NCBI GenBank assembly: GCA_963727185.1
Contig: CAVSFP010000009.1
Span: 221,702-285,701, forward strand
Origin: an uncultured Actinomycetes bacterium
GTDB lineage: Bacteria; Actinomycetota; UBA4738; HRBIN12
Direction: 5' to 3'
DNA length: 64,000 nucleotides
Of this stretch, positions 35,083 to 42,861 are shown in pieces. The position numbers and the translations under genes are program-made. Each line of letters starts with the position of its first letter. Position 1 is the stretch's first letter. The notes beneath the pieces are model-generated. The model had not been told where the DNA came from and searched no databases. It worked only from the letters and a program-made list of their open reading frames with translations.

Positions 35083-37882
35083 TCACGATCCCGGATGGCC
35101 GGATGGGAACGTCGAGGCCAGCTCCGTGCGGGAGCGGATGCCCAGCTTGCGGTAGATCCGCTTGAGATTGGCTTCCACGGTATGGACGCTGACGAACAGG
35201 GCGTCGGCCACCTCTCGGTTGGTGCTCCCGGCGGCGACCAGCTCCGCCACCCTGGCCTCGGTCGGGGTCAGGTCCACCGAGGAGGCGGCCCGTCCGCCGA
35301 TCCGGGCAAGCTCGGCACGCGTCCGTTCCGCCCACTCCGCGGCGCCGAGCCGCTCGAAGATCTCCAGAGCCTGCGTGAGCGTGTCCCGAGCCTCACGCTT
35401 CCTCTTGGCCCGGCGCTGCACCGCTCCCCTCACCAACAGCGTCCGACCCAGCTCGAACGGAAGGGGCAGGCGATCGTGTTGACGGACGGCCTCATCGGCT
35501 GCATCAGATGCACCTTGGAGGTCACCCCGGGCCGCGAACACGAGCGCCCGGCATCTGGCTCCCGTCGCCATCGCCCATGCCCGATCGAGGCTTCGGCCGG
35601 CCTCCTCGAAGGGGGCGAGGAGCGCCTCAGCCTCGTCGAGCCGCCCGAGGGCGACGAGCGCCTCGACCTCGTCCGGGACGACCCGGAAGTAGGCGGGCTC
35701 CCGAACGCCCATCGCTTGCTCGAGCTCGACGGCCCTGGACAGGAACGCATCGGCCTCGGCGGGTCGGCCCAGGGAAAGCTCGAGGAACCCCAGGACCGAC
35801 AGGTTCGGGATCAGGAGGAGGATCTCGCCGGCCGCCTCGGCGACCCGCAGCCCCTCGAGGGCTTCCAGCCTCGCCGGGTCGGCCCGCCCCAGATGGGCTT
35901 CCACCAGGCCCACCGCGAAGTGGCCCTCCGACCGACATGGGCCCCATGTGGTTCCGCTGGGCGGTCGCCCTGCTCTCCCGGGCGTGCTCGATGGCTGCAT
36001 CCCAGTTGCCCGCCCGACACTCCAGCTCGGCGAGGTGGTATCGGATCTGCGCTTGCGGGGTCTCAACGCCGTGCGCCGCGGCATCACCCAGGAGCTCGGT
36101 GAACGTCCGGCGGGCCTCGTCCAGGCGATCGGTGAACTTGAGGAGCTGCGCTACGACGAAGCTTGCACGCAGGACGTGGGATTTGAATTCGCCCTCCATG
36201 TGCCCTTCCAGGGCGATCCCGCGATCGAGCATCTCCTGATCGACCCCGCGTCCGAGGAGGAACTCGACGAATGGATACGCCTGGAACGCTTCGGCCATCA
36301 CCCGTGGTTCCTGCAGCTCCTCGGCCAGCTGCAGCGCGGCGCGAGCGTGCCGTTCCGATGCCGCGAGGTCGCCCCTGAACAGCCAGGCGTACCCGAGGTT
36401 CTGCTCGATCAGTGCCCGCAGCGCGAGATCGTCCCCCGCCTCGCCCCGAGCAGCCTCGAACACGGCCCAGGCCCCCCGCCACCCTTCGGTCTCGGCGAGG
36501 CCCATCCCCAGGTCCAGTAGCAGTCGGGCCCGAGCCGGCCCGGCCATCGAGAGGTCCACCGCTTGCTCCAGGACGCTCCGCGCCAGCGAGGGGTCCCCGC
36601 TCTCGAAGTGAGCCACGCCCGCCTGGTGGGTCCGACGCACCAGGTCCTCGCCTCGATCCCGCGGCGTGGCGCGGCGGGCCATCTCCCAGAGCTCGGCCGC
36701 GGATTGCGGCGCTCCCCGGGAGGAGGCCAGCAGGGCGGCCTCCTCGAGGGCGGCGGCGACGGCGACGTCCGGGCCCTCGACGGACAGAGCCAGGTGGCGG
36801 GCTCGTTCCTCCGGATCGAGGACGATCGTCGCGAGCCGCGCGTGCAGCTCGCGACGCCGGGCAGGCGGGATCTTCTGATAGACGGCGGAAGCAAGGAGAG
36901 GGTGCGTGAACCGGAGCCCGTCGCCGACGACCTCCACGACGTCGTTGTCGATGGCAGGACCCAGACGATCGTCAACCCCGCGCGAAGGAGCGATCGCCGC
37001 AGCGATCACATCGAACGTCGGAGCCGACAGGGCCGAGACGATCTCCAGGGCTTCGACGGTCCGCGCAGGGAGCCCCCCGAGGCGATCCTCGATGAGCTCT
37101 TGAAGGCGGTCAGGGATCGGGAGCCCTTCGCCGGCCGTCACGTCACCTCCGCGGCGAAGGAGCGCCAATCCGATCTCCCGTGCGAAGAAGGGATTGCCTC
37201 CCGACATCTGGTGGAGGCTGAGGAGCGTGGTTCGGGAGAACCCTTCCCCCACCTTGGCCCGAAGCACCCGTTCGAGGGCGTCCTGCGACAGCGGTCCGAC
37301 GTGGACGGCGTGCACGCGATCCTCGGCGAAGGCCGACACGACGCCCAGGGGGTCGTCATCGGCACGGGCGCCTCGAGCGGCCGTCATCAAACCGACCTGC
37401 TCGTCCTTCAGGCGCCGCACGACGAACTGGAGCACCCGGACCGAAGGGATGTCCATCCATTGGACGTCATCGACGGCCACCACCACGGGAGAGGTGGAGG
37501 CCACCGATCGGAGGCATCCAAGCACGGCCAGGGAAACGGCCCGCTGGTCGGCTCGGGCGCCCGATCTCGGGGAGCGCAAGAGGGCCACCTCGAGGGCCTG
37601 ACGCTGTGGCTCCGGCACGGTGGGAAGTGCCTCCTCGAGGATGGGCTCGAGGAGGTCACCGAGGGCAGCGTAGGACAGGCGTGTCTCGGCCTCGACCGGA
37701 CCGCATGAGAGCGTGCGGTAGCGCCGCAGCTGAGCACCCGCCAGCCCCTCCTTCCACACGGTGGTCTTGCCGATGCCGGGATCACCCGACAGGACCAAGG
37801 CGCTCGGCCCGGTCGGGATCGAGTCCAGGAACCGATGGAGGATCGCGAGCTCGGACTCGCGCCCGATGACGTCACCGGCCAA
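35083..37882 (-). pseudogene. LAL-type regulator (P-loop NTPase + TPR + C-terminal LuxR HTH), copy 1, split by a 1-nt insertion
   Basis: The N-terminal 751-aa ORF (35627..37882) has Walker A GDPGIGKTT and Walker B VVVAVDDVQWMD. The C-terminal 334-aa ORF (35083..36087) ends in the GerE HTH LTPTEARVAELVAAGSTNREVADALFVSVHTVEANLKRIYRKLG. The two frames join at about 35,921-35,940, where copy 1 has one nucleotide more than the intact paralogue. Confidence 0.8.
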
Positions 37883-37935
37883 GACGCTCTCCCCGCGCTC
37901 GGTGGATGCCAGGATTCTAAGGATGGCGGGTCCGA
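37883..37935 (-). promoter_or_regulatory. conserved upstream region of the LAL gene with -10-like TAGAAT (copy 2: TACAAT at about 45,691-45,696)
   Basis: The homologous segments are ..CCGCCATCCTTAGAATCCTGGCATCCACCG.. and ..CCGCCATCCTTACAATCCTGGCGTCCACCG.. Each lies about 31 nt upstream of a TTG start at the equivalent position, with GGGAGAG-type SD boxes between. Confidence 0.4.
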
Positions 37936-38061
37936 ACCTGCGCCTCGATCACTCCGAGCTCCCGTGCCGTCTGTCGCGGGTCCACCTCGAGGTCGCCGGT
38001 CGTGAGCGTCCCTGAGTTTCCCCAAGTTGCGTCCGGGGAGCGTTGATTGCACCATGCGCGC

Positions 38062-39408
38062 ATGGAGCGCCCCGGTGTCGCCTTCGCCCGCGCTCAGGAT
38101 GGGGCATACCTCGCGTACCAAGCCTTCGGCGATGGACCGATCGACCTCCTGTGGCAGGACGACTTCTTCGCGATCGTCGACGAGTGGTGGGACTCGCCGG
38201 TTGACCGCGCCATCTACGAGAACCTCGCTGGATCCGCGCGGGTGATACTGCACGACCGGCGCGGCACCGGTTGTTCGAGCCGTGACGGCGGGCCGGCGAA
38301 CCTCGAGACCCGGGTTTCGGACACGCTCGCCGTGATGGACGCCGCTGGCGTGCAGCAAGCGGTCGTCGGCGGTCTCTTGGAAGGGGGAGCGAGCATGGCA
38401 CTGTTGGCCGCCATGTACCCCGAACGGGTCCGAGCGTTGGTGTGGTCGCGGCCGGTACCGTGCGCCGCGGCGAGGCCTGATTTCCCATGGGGCGTCGACG
38501 CCTCGTATATCGAGCGTGAGGAGGAGATCACGAGCGACTGGGGCACGGAGGCATTCGCACGCGGCTTCATGGAGCTGAACGCAGAGGCCATGGAAGGCCC
38601 GTGGTCGGCAGAGAGCTATGTCGCCACCCTCGCTCGGATCACACGCCGGACGTGTACCCCCGACGTGGCGAAGCAGCTCAACACGATGTGGTACGAGACC
38701 GACGTCCGCGGGGTGTTGTCGTCCATCCAAGTGCCGACGCTCCTGCTCGTCGACCGGGAGGACTCCGACCACGACCTCCGCACGATCGGCGAGCACGTCG
38801 CTTCGTTGATCCCCGACGCCGTTATCGAGCCCTACATCCTTGTGGACGACACCGGCGCCGGCGTCCGCGCGATGGGGGAATCGATCCGCCGGTTCATCGG
38901 TGCCGAGCGACGGCCCGAAGCGCTGGACTCCGTCCTGGCGACCGTGCTGTTCACCGATATCGTCGACTCGACCAAGCGCAGCGCGGAGTTGGGCGACCGG
39001 GAGTGGGGCGCCGTGCGACGGCGGCACGATGACATCGTCCGCGCCGAGCTGGCGCGCTACCGTGGCCGCGAGGTGAAGACGATGGGCGACGGGTTCCTCG
39101 CAACCTTCGAGGGTCCCGCACGCGGTGTGCATTGCGCCCGAGCGATCGCGGAAGGCGTCAGAGCGTTAGGGATCGAGATCCGCGCCGGCCTCCACACCGG
39201 CGAGATCGAACTGGAGGGCGACGACATCGCGGGGATCGCGATCGCGATCGGCGCCCGCATCGGCGCCATGGCAGGTGCATCCGAAGTGCTCGTGTCTCGC
39301 ACCGTGAAAGACCTCACGGCCGGAAGTGGACTCACCTTCGAAGACGTCGGAGAACACGACTTGAAGGGCGTCCCCGACCGCTGGCAGCTCTATCGGGTTG
39401 CGGGCTAG
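38062..39408 (+). CDS. alpha/beta-hydrolase domain fused to class III adenylate/guanylate cyclase domain
   Basis: The N-terminal ~270 aa are alpha/beta-hydrolase-like (VILHDRRGTGCS; GGLLEGGASMALLAAMYPERV). The C-terminal cyclase homology domain reads LATVLFTDIVDSTKRSAELGD...KTMGDGFLATFEGP...RAGLHTGEIE. The start is taken at ATG 38062 (ORF-track TTG 38047). Confidence 0.85.
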   Translation: MERPGVAFARAQDGAYLAYQAFGDGPIDLLWQDDFFAIVDEWWDSPVDRAIYENLAGSARVILHDRRGTGCSSRDGGPANLETRVSDTLAVMDAAGVQQAVVGGLLEGGASMALLAAMYPERVRALVWSRPVPCAAARPDFPWGVDASYIEREEEITSDWGTEAFARGFMELNAEAMEGPWSAESYVATLARITRRTCTPDVAKQLNTMWYETDVRGVLSSIQVPTLLLVDREDSDHDLRTIGEHVASLIPDAVIEPYILVDDTGAGVRAMGESIRRFIGAERRPEALDSVLATVLFTDIVDSTKRSAELGDREWGAVRRRHDDIVRAELARYRGREVKTMGDGFLATFEGPARGVHCARAIAEGVRALGIEIRAGLHTGEIELEGDDIAGIAIAIGARIGAMAGASEVLVSRTVKDLTAGSGLTFEDVGEHDLKGVPDRWQLYRVAG

Positions 39409-39879
39409 CCCGATCCCGAATCAACGGAGGCCCTTGAACTGGGAATCCGGACCATCTGTCACGGATCGCCGCGTTCTCGCCCGCGGTCTGTTCTTCAGAC
39501 GGTGGCAATCGGTGGTGTCCGGGTTCGCGTCCGGAGAGCAGCCGAAGCTATAACCCCTTAGTGCTTGACGGCAGAGTTGCGGCTCGTCAGTTGGCGTTCC
39601 TTGAGTCCCCCTTGGCCGCGGTGAGTCAAGCGGGGGAAGCAGCGAAAGCACTGGGCCCCAGCGCATCGGATGAAGGCGCTTCCGACCGACTCGAACCCGC
39701 CAGCAATAGTGCTTCGAAGCACGGTCGGCGGTAACCGCGTGTCCACCCGCATATGGAGAAAGGGTTGCTTCAGTAACAAGACAAAGGTAGCGAGGCCGGT
39801 CACGGCTACGCCCGCGTGGTGTCCGTCTCCTCCCTCGGCTTGGATCCCCGGATCGGGCAGTGTTGCGGGTGCAAGGGCT

Positions 39880-40022
39880 TCAGGGCGATGATCGAGGCGG
39901 GGGAGTTCAAGCCGATCGTCGATCGGCGATATCGTCTGGAACGAGATCATCGAGGCCTACCGCTACGTCGAGACGGGGCGGAAGATCGGCAACGTGGTGA
40001 TCACGGTCGATCCGGCGAGCTA
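39880..40022 (+). pseudogene. C-terminal fragment of a medium-chain (zinc-type) quinone oxidoreductase/alcohol dehydrogenase, frameshifted
   Basis: ..MIEAGEFKPIVDRRYRLE, then after a frame change ..IIEAYRYVETGRKIGNVVITVDPAS-stop. This is the typical C-terminus of the MDR family. The upstream ~450 bp have no intact frame, though a faint AIVLRSTVGG resembles the D-V-V-L-D-T-V-G-G region. Confidence 0.5.
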
Positions 40023-40038
40023 GTCGAAGGAGGGACAC

Positions 40039-40425
40039 ATGGGCGAGGCAGACGCAGTCGTTGGCATCTCGCGTGACGAACTGCGCGCGGGGCTCCCGAC
40101 ACCGGGCATGCGGCGCGAAGAAGCGATCGCCACCGAGACGACCTGGGCGGGGCTCGCTCATACCGAGGCCGGCATGGTGTCGGGCTGGCATCACCACGGC
40201 GACTACGAGTCTGTCATCTACGTCCTCACGGGAGGGTTCCGGATGGAGTCCGGTCCGGCCGGAACCATCGTCTTCGACGCAGCGCCCGGCGACTTCCTGT
40301 TCGTCCCGCGTGGTGCGATCCATCGAGAGGGCAACCCGTCAGACGACGAAGGAACCGCGGTCGTCGTGCGCACGGGACGGGGTGATCCCGTCGTGAACGT
40401 GGACGGCCCGGCGCCGAGCGTCTAA
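40039..40425 (+). CDS. cupin_2 domain protein (128 aa)
   Basis: GAAGGAGGG lies upstream of the ATG. The cupin motifs are GWHHHGDYESVIYVLTGGFRME and GDFLFVPRGAIHREGN. Confidence 0.7.
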   Translation: MGEADAVVGISRDELRAGLPTPGMRREEAIATETTWAGLAHTEAGMVSGWHHHGDYESVIYVLTGGFRMESGPAGTIVFDAAPGDFLFVPRGAIHREGNPSDDEGTAVVVRTGRGDPVVNVDGPAPSV

Positions 40426-40813
40426 CGAAGCAGGGCGCGATCGAGCTCGCTCGCCATCACGGGTCGAGGGCGATGATCCAGCGCTTCGAGTTGCAGACAT
40501 CGACGTCGGCCTGGCCCCGACGCCCCTTGAACGTCCGGTCCCGCCTCCGAGAGCGAGCCGCCCCTTGAACGACGAAGTGAAGGCCGCAGCAAGGAGTCGC
40601 CTTGGGATGGGTCGCATCCCAGTGAGGCTCCGTAGTTGCCGGCCGTATGGAAGTCGCCGAGATGCAGGACTGGGCAAGACTCGCAGTTTCGTGAACCAAC
40701 GAGTCACAGGCGAGTCGACCGTGCATCGACAGGAGCGCCGGCCATGGGGGAGCGGATAGCGGAACCCGCGACGCCTGCGGCCTGGCGCTCTGGCACGTCT
40801 ACGTGGTGCGTTG

Positions 40814-40835
40814 TCGGCGGATCGAGAGGGCGCCG
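40814..40835 (+). repeat. 22-bp exact direct repeat, left copy (TCGGCGGATCGAGAGGGCGCCG)
   Basis: It is identical to 41977-41998. GGTGC is also shared a few nt upstream of both copies. Confidence 0.9.
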
Positions 40836-41076
40836 AGATTCGTGACTGGAGACGAGCGCATACGAGGTCAGGATCGCCCTCCGAGCTGGGCGGTTATGCG
40901 TCGAACGAACGCCACACGACGATCGCGATTGCATCCGCGACCCGAAGCGATCCGCCCACATGCTCATGCGTCGGGGGTAGAGGGGTTGGTAGGTGACAAA
41001 CGGGTTTGGACTGCACTCAAGGTTGACGAGAGTGAACTGCTACCCCAAAGACGGCTCGGGTGAAGCTTGAGGACGG

Positions 41077-41766
41077 TTAGCTCTTGGCCTCAAGCGCGGC
41101 AACAGCCTCCGTGTCGAAGCCTTTGACGATCAACCAGATGCCGAGGCCGAACTCGAAGACCGCGACCGGGAGCGCAGAGAGCCCCGCGAACCCGCCGGTT
41201 CGGTCGATCGTTCCGGAGAGCACAAGCAGGTAGCCAACGACGAGCAGGGGTGCTCCGATGATGCCGATCACCGATAGCCCTCGCGGCACCAGGCGCGACT
41301 TGTACAGCATGTAGCCGAGCAATAGGTCGCAGACGGCGGGCATGAAGCTTTGCCCTAGCAGGAAGATGCGGTTGTAGAGGGCAACGAGCGCGTGGCTCAC
41401 CGCGAGGCCTCCTGTTCCAGCGCCGTCCAGCCGCAGGGTCACGATCGACAGGATGAACGCTACCCCGACGAAGATCGTGGCGGACTCCAGGATGCGGGCC
41501 GCGACAAGACCGAGTGCGAACGTCTCGTTCTGCTTCTTGAGTATCGGGAACAGGATGACGGCGGTGGCGATGCCGGCGAGAGCCACGATGATCTCCAGGA
41601 TGCCGCCGACGATGGCAGCCGTATTCGAACCCGAGCCAAGGAGGTAGTTCGCGCCCTTAACTGAGCTGTACAGAGCGATCGAAGGTATCGAAACGAAGGT
41701 GAGCACATACGCGATGCCTGCGGCGAGGGAGATCCTTCTCTGTGAAGACGCTGCGGTGGTATTCAT
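41077..41766 (-). CDS. DUF4386-like membrane protein (paralogue of 17028..17810)
   Basis: ATG 41766 gives MNTTAASSQRRISLAAGIAYVLTFVSIPSIALYSSV.... It has the same TM pattern as the other DUF4386-like gene. Confidence 0.7.
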   Translation of the reverse strand: MNTTAASSQRRISLAAGIAYVLTFVSIPSIALYSSVKGANYLLGSGSNTAAIVGGILEIIVALAGIATAVILFPILKKQNETFALGLVAARILESATIFVGVAFILSIVTLRLDGAGTGGLAVSHALVALYNRIFLLGQSFMPAVCDLLLGYMLYKSRLVPRGLSVIGIIGAPLLVVGYLLVLSGTIDRTGGFAGLSALPVAVFEFGLGIWLIVKGFDTEAVAALEAKS

Positions 41767-41976
41767 ACGTCTACTGTCCCCCCTTGATCGTTGACTACTG
41801 CGCCCGCGCCGCCTACTTGGCGCCGTGTGTCTCATCCTGCCAGATGCTCTCCCACCAGTGGTGCCACTGCCATCTTCGCAAGCCGACTGGCCAGATATCG
41901 CCTTGTCGGCAGTCCCCAGCTGGCTTGAGTCCCATTCCCCGGTCTGGGAGGCAGAGTGTACGCATTAGGTGCTATC

Positions 41977-41998
41977 TCGGCGGATCGAGAGGGCGCCG
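41977..41998 (+). repeat. 22-bp exact direct repeat, right copy
   Basis: It is identical to 40814-40835. The two copies bracket 1.14 kb containing only the DUF4386-like gene. Confidence 0.9.
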
Positions 41999-42314
41999 GA
42001 CGGCTTATTCGAGGGGGAGGAAGCCGTCTTGCACCTGATGTGTTAGGAGATAGAACGCCCCGGGACGCCCCCCATCGAATCGCGATCTCGGAGAGGGCCT
42101 ATCCGAGGGAGAACCCGTCCTCCAACGCTTGATGAGAAGAGAGATAGAGAGCTAAGGATGCCCCAGCCCCTAACGCACATCGTGTGAGGATCTATTCGAG
42201 CCGCGCCCTCCTTACCTCCCCGAGCTATCACCGAGTCGGGTGCTCGCTCGCCGACTCGCCGAGCTCGCCCCCCTAAGCGTGGTCGGGCGGCGATCGTTGC
42301 GCTGGCTGCGGGTC

Positions 42315-42737
42315 CTATCGTCCAGCCGAGGACCGCGGGAAGATGATTCCTTGGTCGCACCCGACACAGGAGGGCAGGGAACGTGACCGAGCAAGCGCCC
42401 CAGCAAACCTCGGGAAGATGGTTCCTTGGTCGCACCCGACACAGGAGGGCAGGGAACGTGACCGAAGAAGCGCCCTAGGAACACCCGAGAAGATGGTTCC
42501 TTGATCGCATCCGACACAGGAGGGCAGGGCGCCCGCGTTCGCCGAAGCGCCGACCCGCTCGGCCCGCTCACCATCCCTTGCCACACTCGTAACGGAGCGA
42601 TCGCCGCGTACCGCCACGGTGAGCGCCAGGGCGCTCATGATCAGCGCCGCGGCCGCAAGAACGGACACCGTTACGGTCCAGAACGTGAACAGCGCCGGTC
42701 GGCCGGAGAACCTCATGGTTCCCGCTTTCGTGCTCAT
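42315..42737 (-). CDS. membrane-anchored protein with 3 x 25-aa CxxC-containing tandem repeat (copy 2 of the paralogous pair); coding status of the repeat part uncertain
   Basis: The N-terminal ~50 aa are almost identical to 34520..34969 (MSTKAGTMRFSGRPALFTFWTVTVSVLAAAALIMSALAL). The C-terminus is three repeats of SLPSCVGCDQGTIFP(R/S).....(S)R. The repeat part uses many low-GC3 codons (tgt, caa, gga, ctt, tca), unlike neighbouring genes. Confidence 0.45.
   Translation of the reverse strand: MSTKAGTMRFSGRPALFTFWTVTVSVLAAAALIMSALALTVAVRGDRSVTSVARDGERAERVGASANAGALPSCVGCDQGTIFSGVPRALLRSRSLPSCVGCDQGTIFPRFAGALARSRSLPSCVGCDQGIIFPRSSAGR
42337..42530. repeat. 75-bp tandem repeat x about 2.6
   Basis: The units start at about 42,337, 42,412 and 42,487. 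The first ~52 nt of each unit are nearly identical (GGGAAGATG(A/G)TTCCTTGGTCGCACCCGACACAGGAGGGCAGGGAACGTGACCGA). The last ~23 nt are more diverged. Confidence 0.85.
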
Positions 42738-42861
42738 GAATCCCTCCCTTCCCTCGGGTACCTCCTCGGGTACCGATCTCTGATCCCGAGGCTAGAGGGA
42801 GCATCGTTCCGGGGAATCCCCGAAACCCGTACCGATCGAGACGGAGACCGGTACGTCTTGC

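Noticed and set aside
37408-39132. A 574-aa minus-strand ORF opposite cyclase 1. Similar long antisense ORFs occur elsewhere (1885..3228, 7210..8382, 23457..24998, 23932..25440, 28672..30483, 55691..56320, 61378..62313).
   Set aside because: Their composition is shadow-frame-like, and none has a motif. Each is opposite a gene with clear family signatures.
39515-39550. GTCCGGAGAGCAGCCGAAGC resembles the SRP RNA helix-8 motif (GUCCGGAAGGAAGCAGCC).
   Set aside because: The GGAA tetraloop and symmetric-loop spacing are not preserved. No complementary 3' strand forming the long SRP hairpin could be found by eye. Any residual doubt could be settled by an Infernal scan.
39680-39730. A TTCGAGTC (T-loop-like) sequence on the minus strand, flanked by complementary CCGACCG/CGGTCGG, as a possible tRNA or tmRNA end.
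   Set aside because: The enclosed segment is only ~33 nt. No D-arm or anticodon arm can be drawn, and there is no CCA or acceptor context.
42337-42530. The 75-bp periodic repeat as a possible CRISPR array.
   Set aside because: The period and structure do not fit. The conserved core is ~52 nt, and the ~23-nt variable parts are diverged copies of each other rather than unique spacers. There are only ~2.6 units and no cas genes. The repeat lies within an ORF homologous at its 5' end to 34520..34969.
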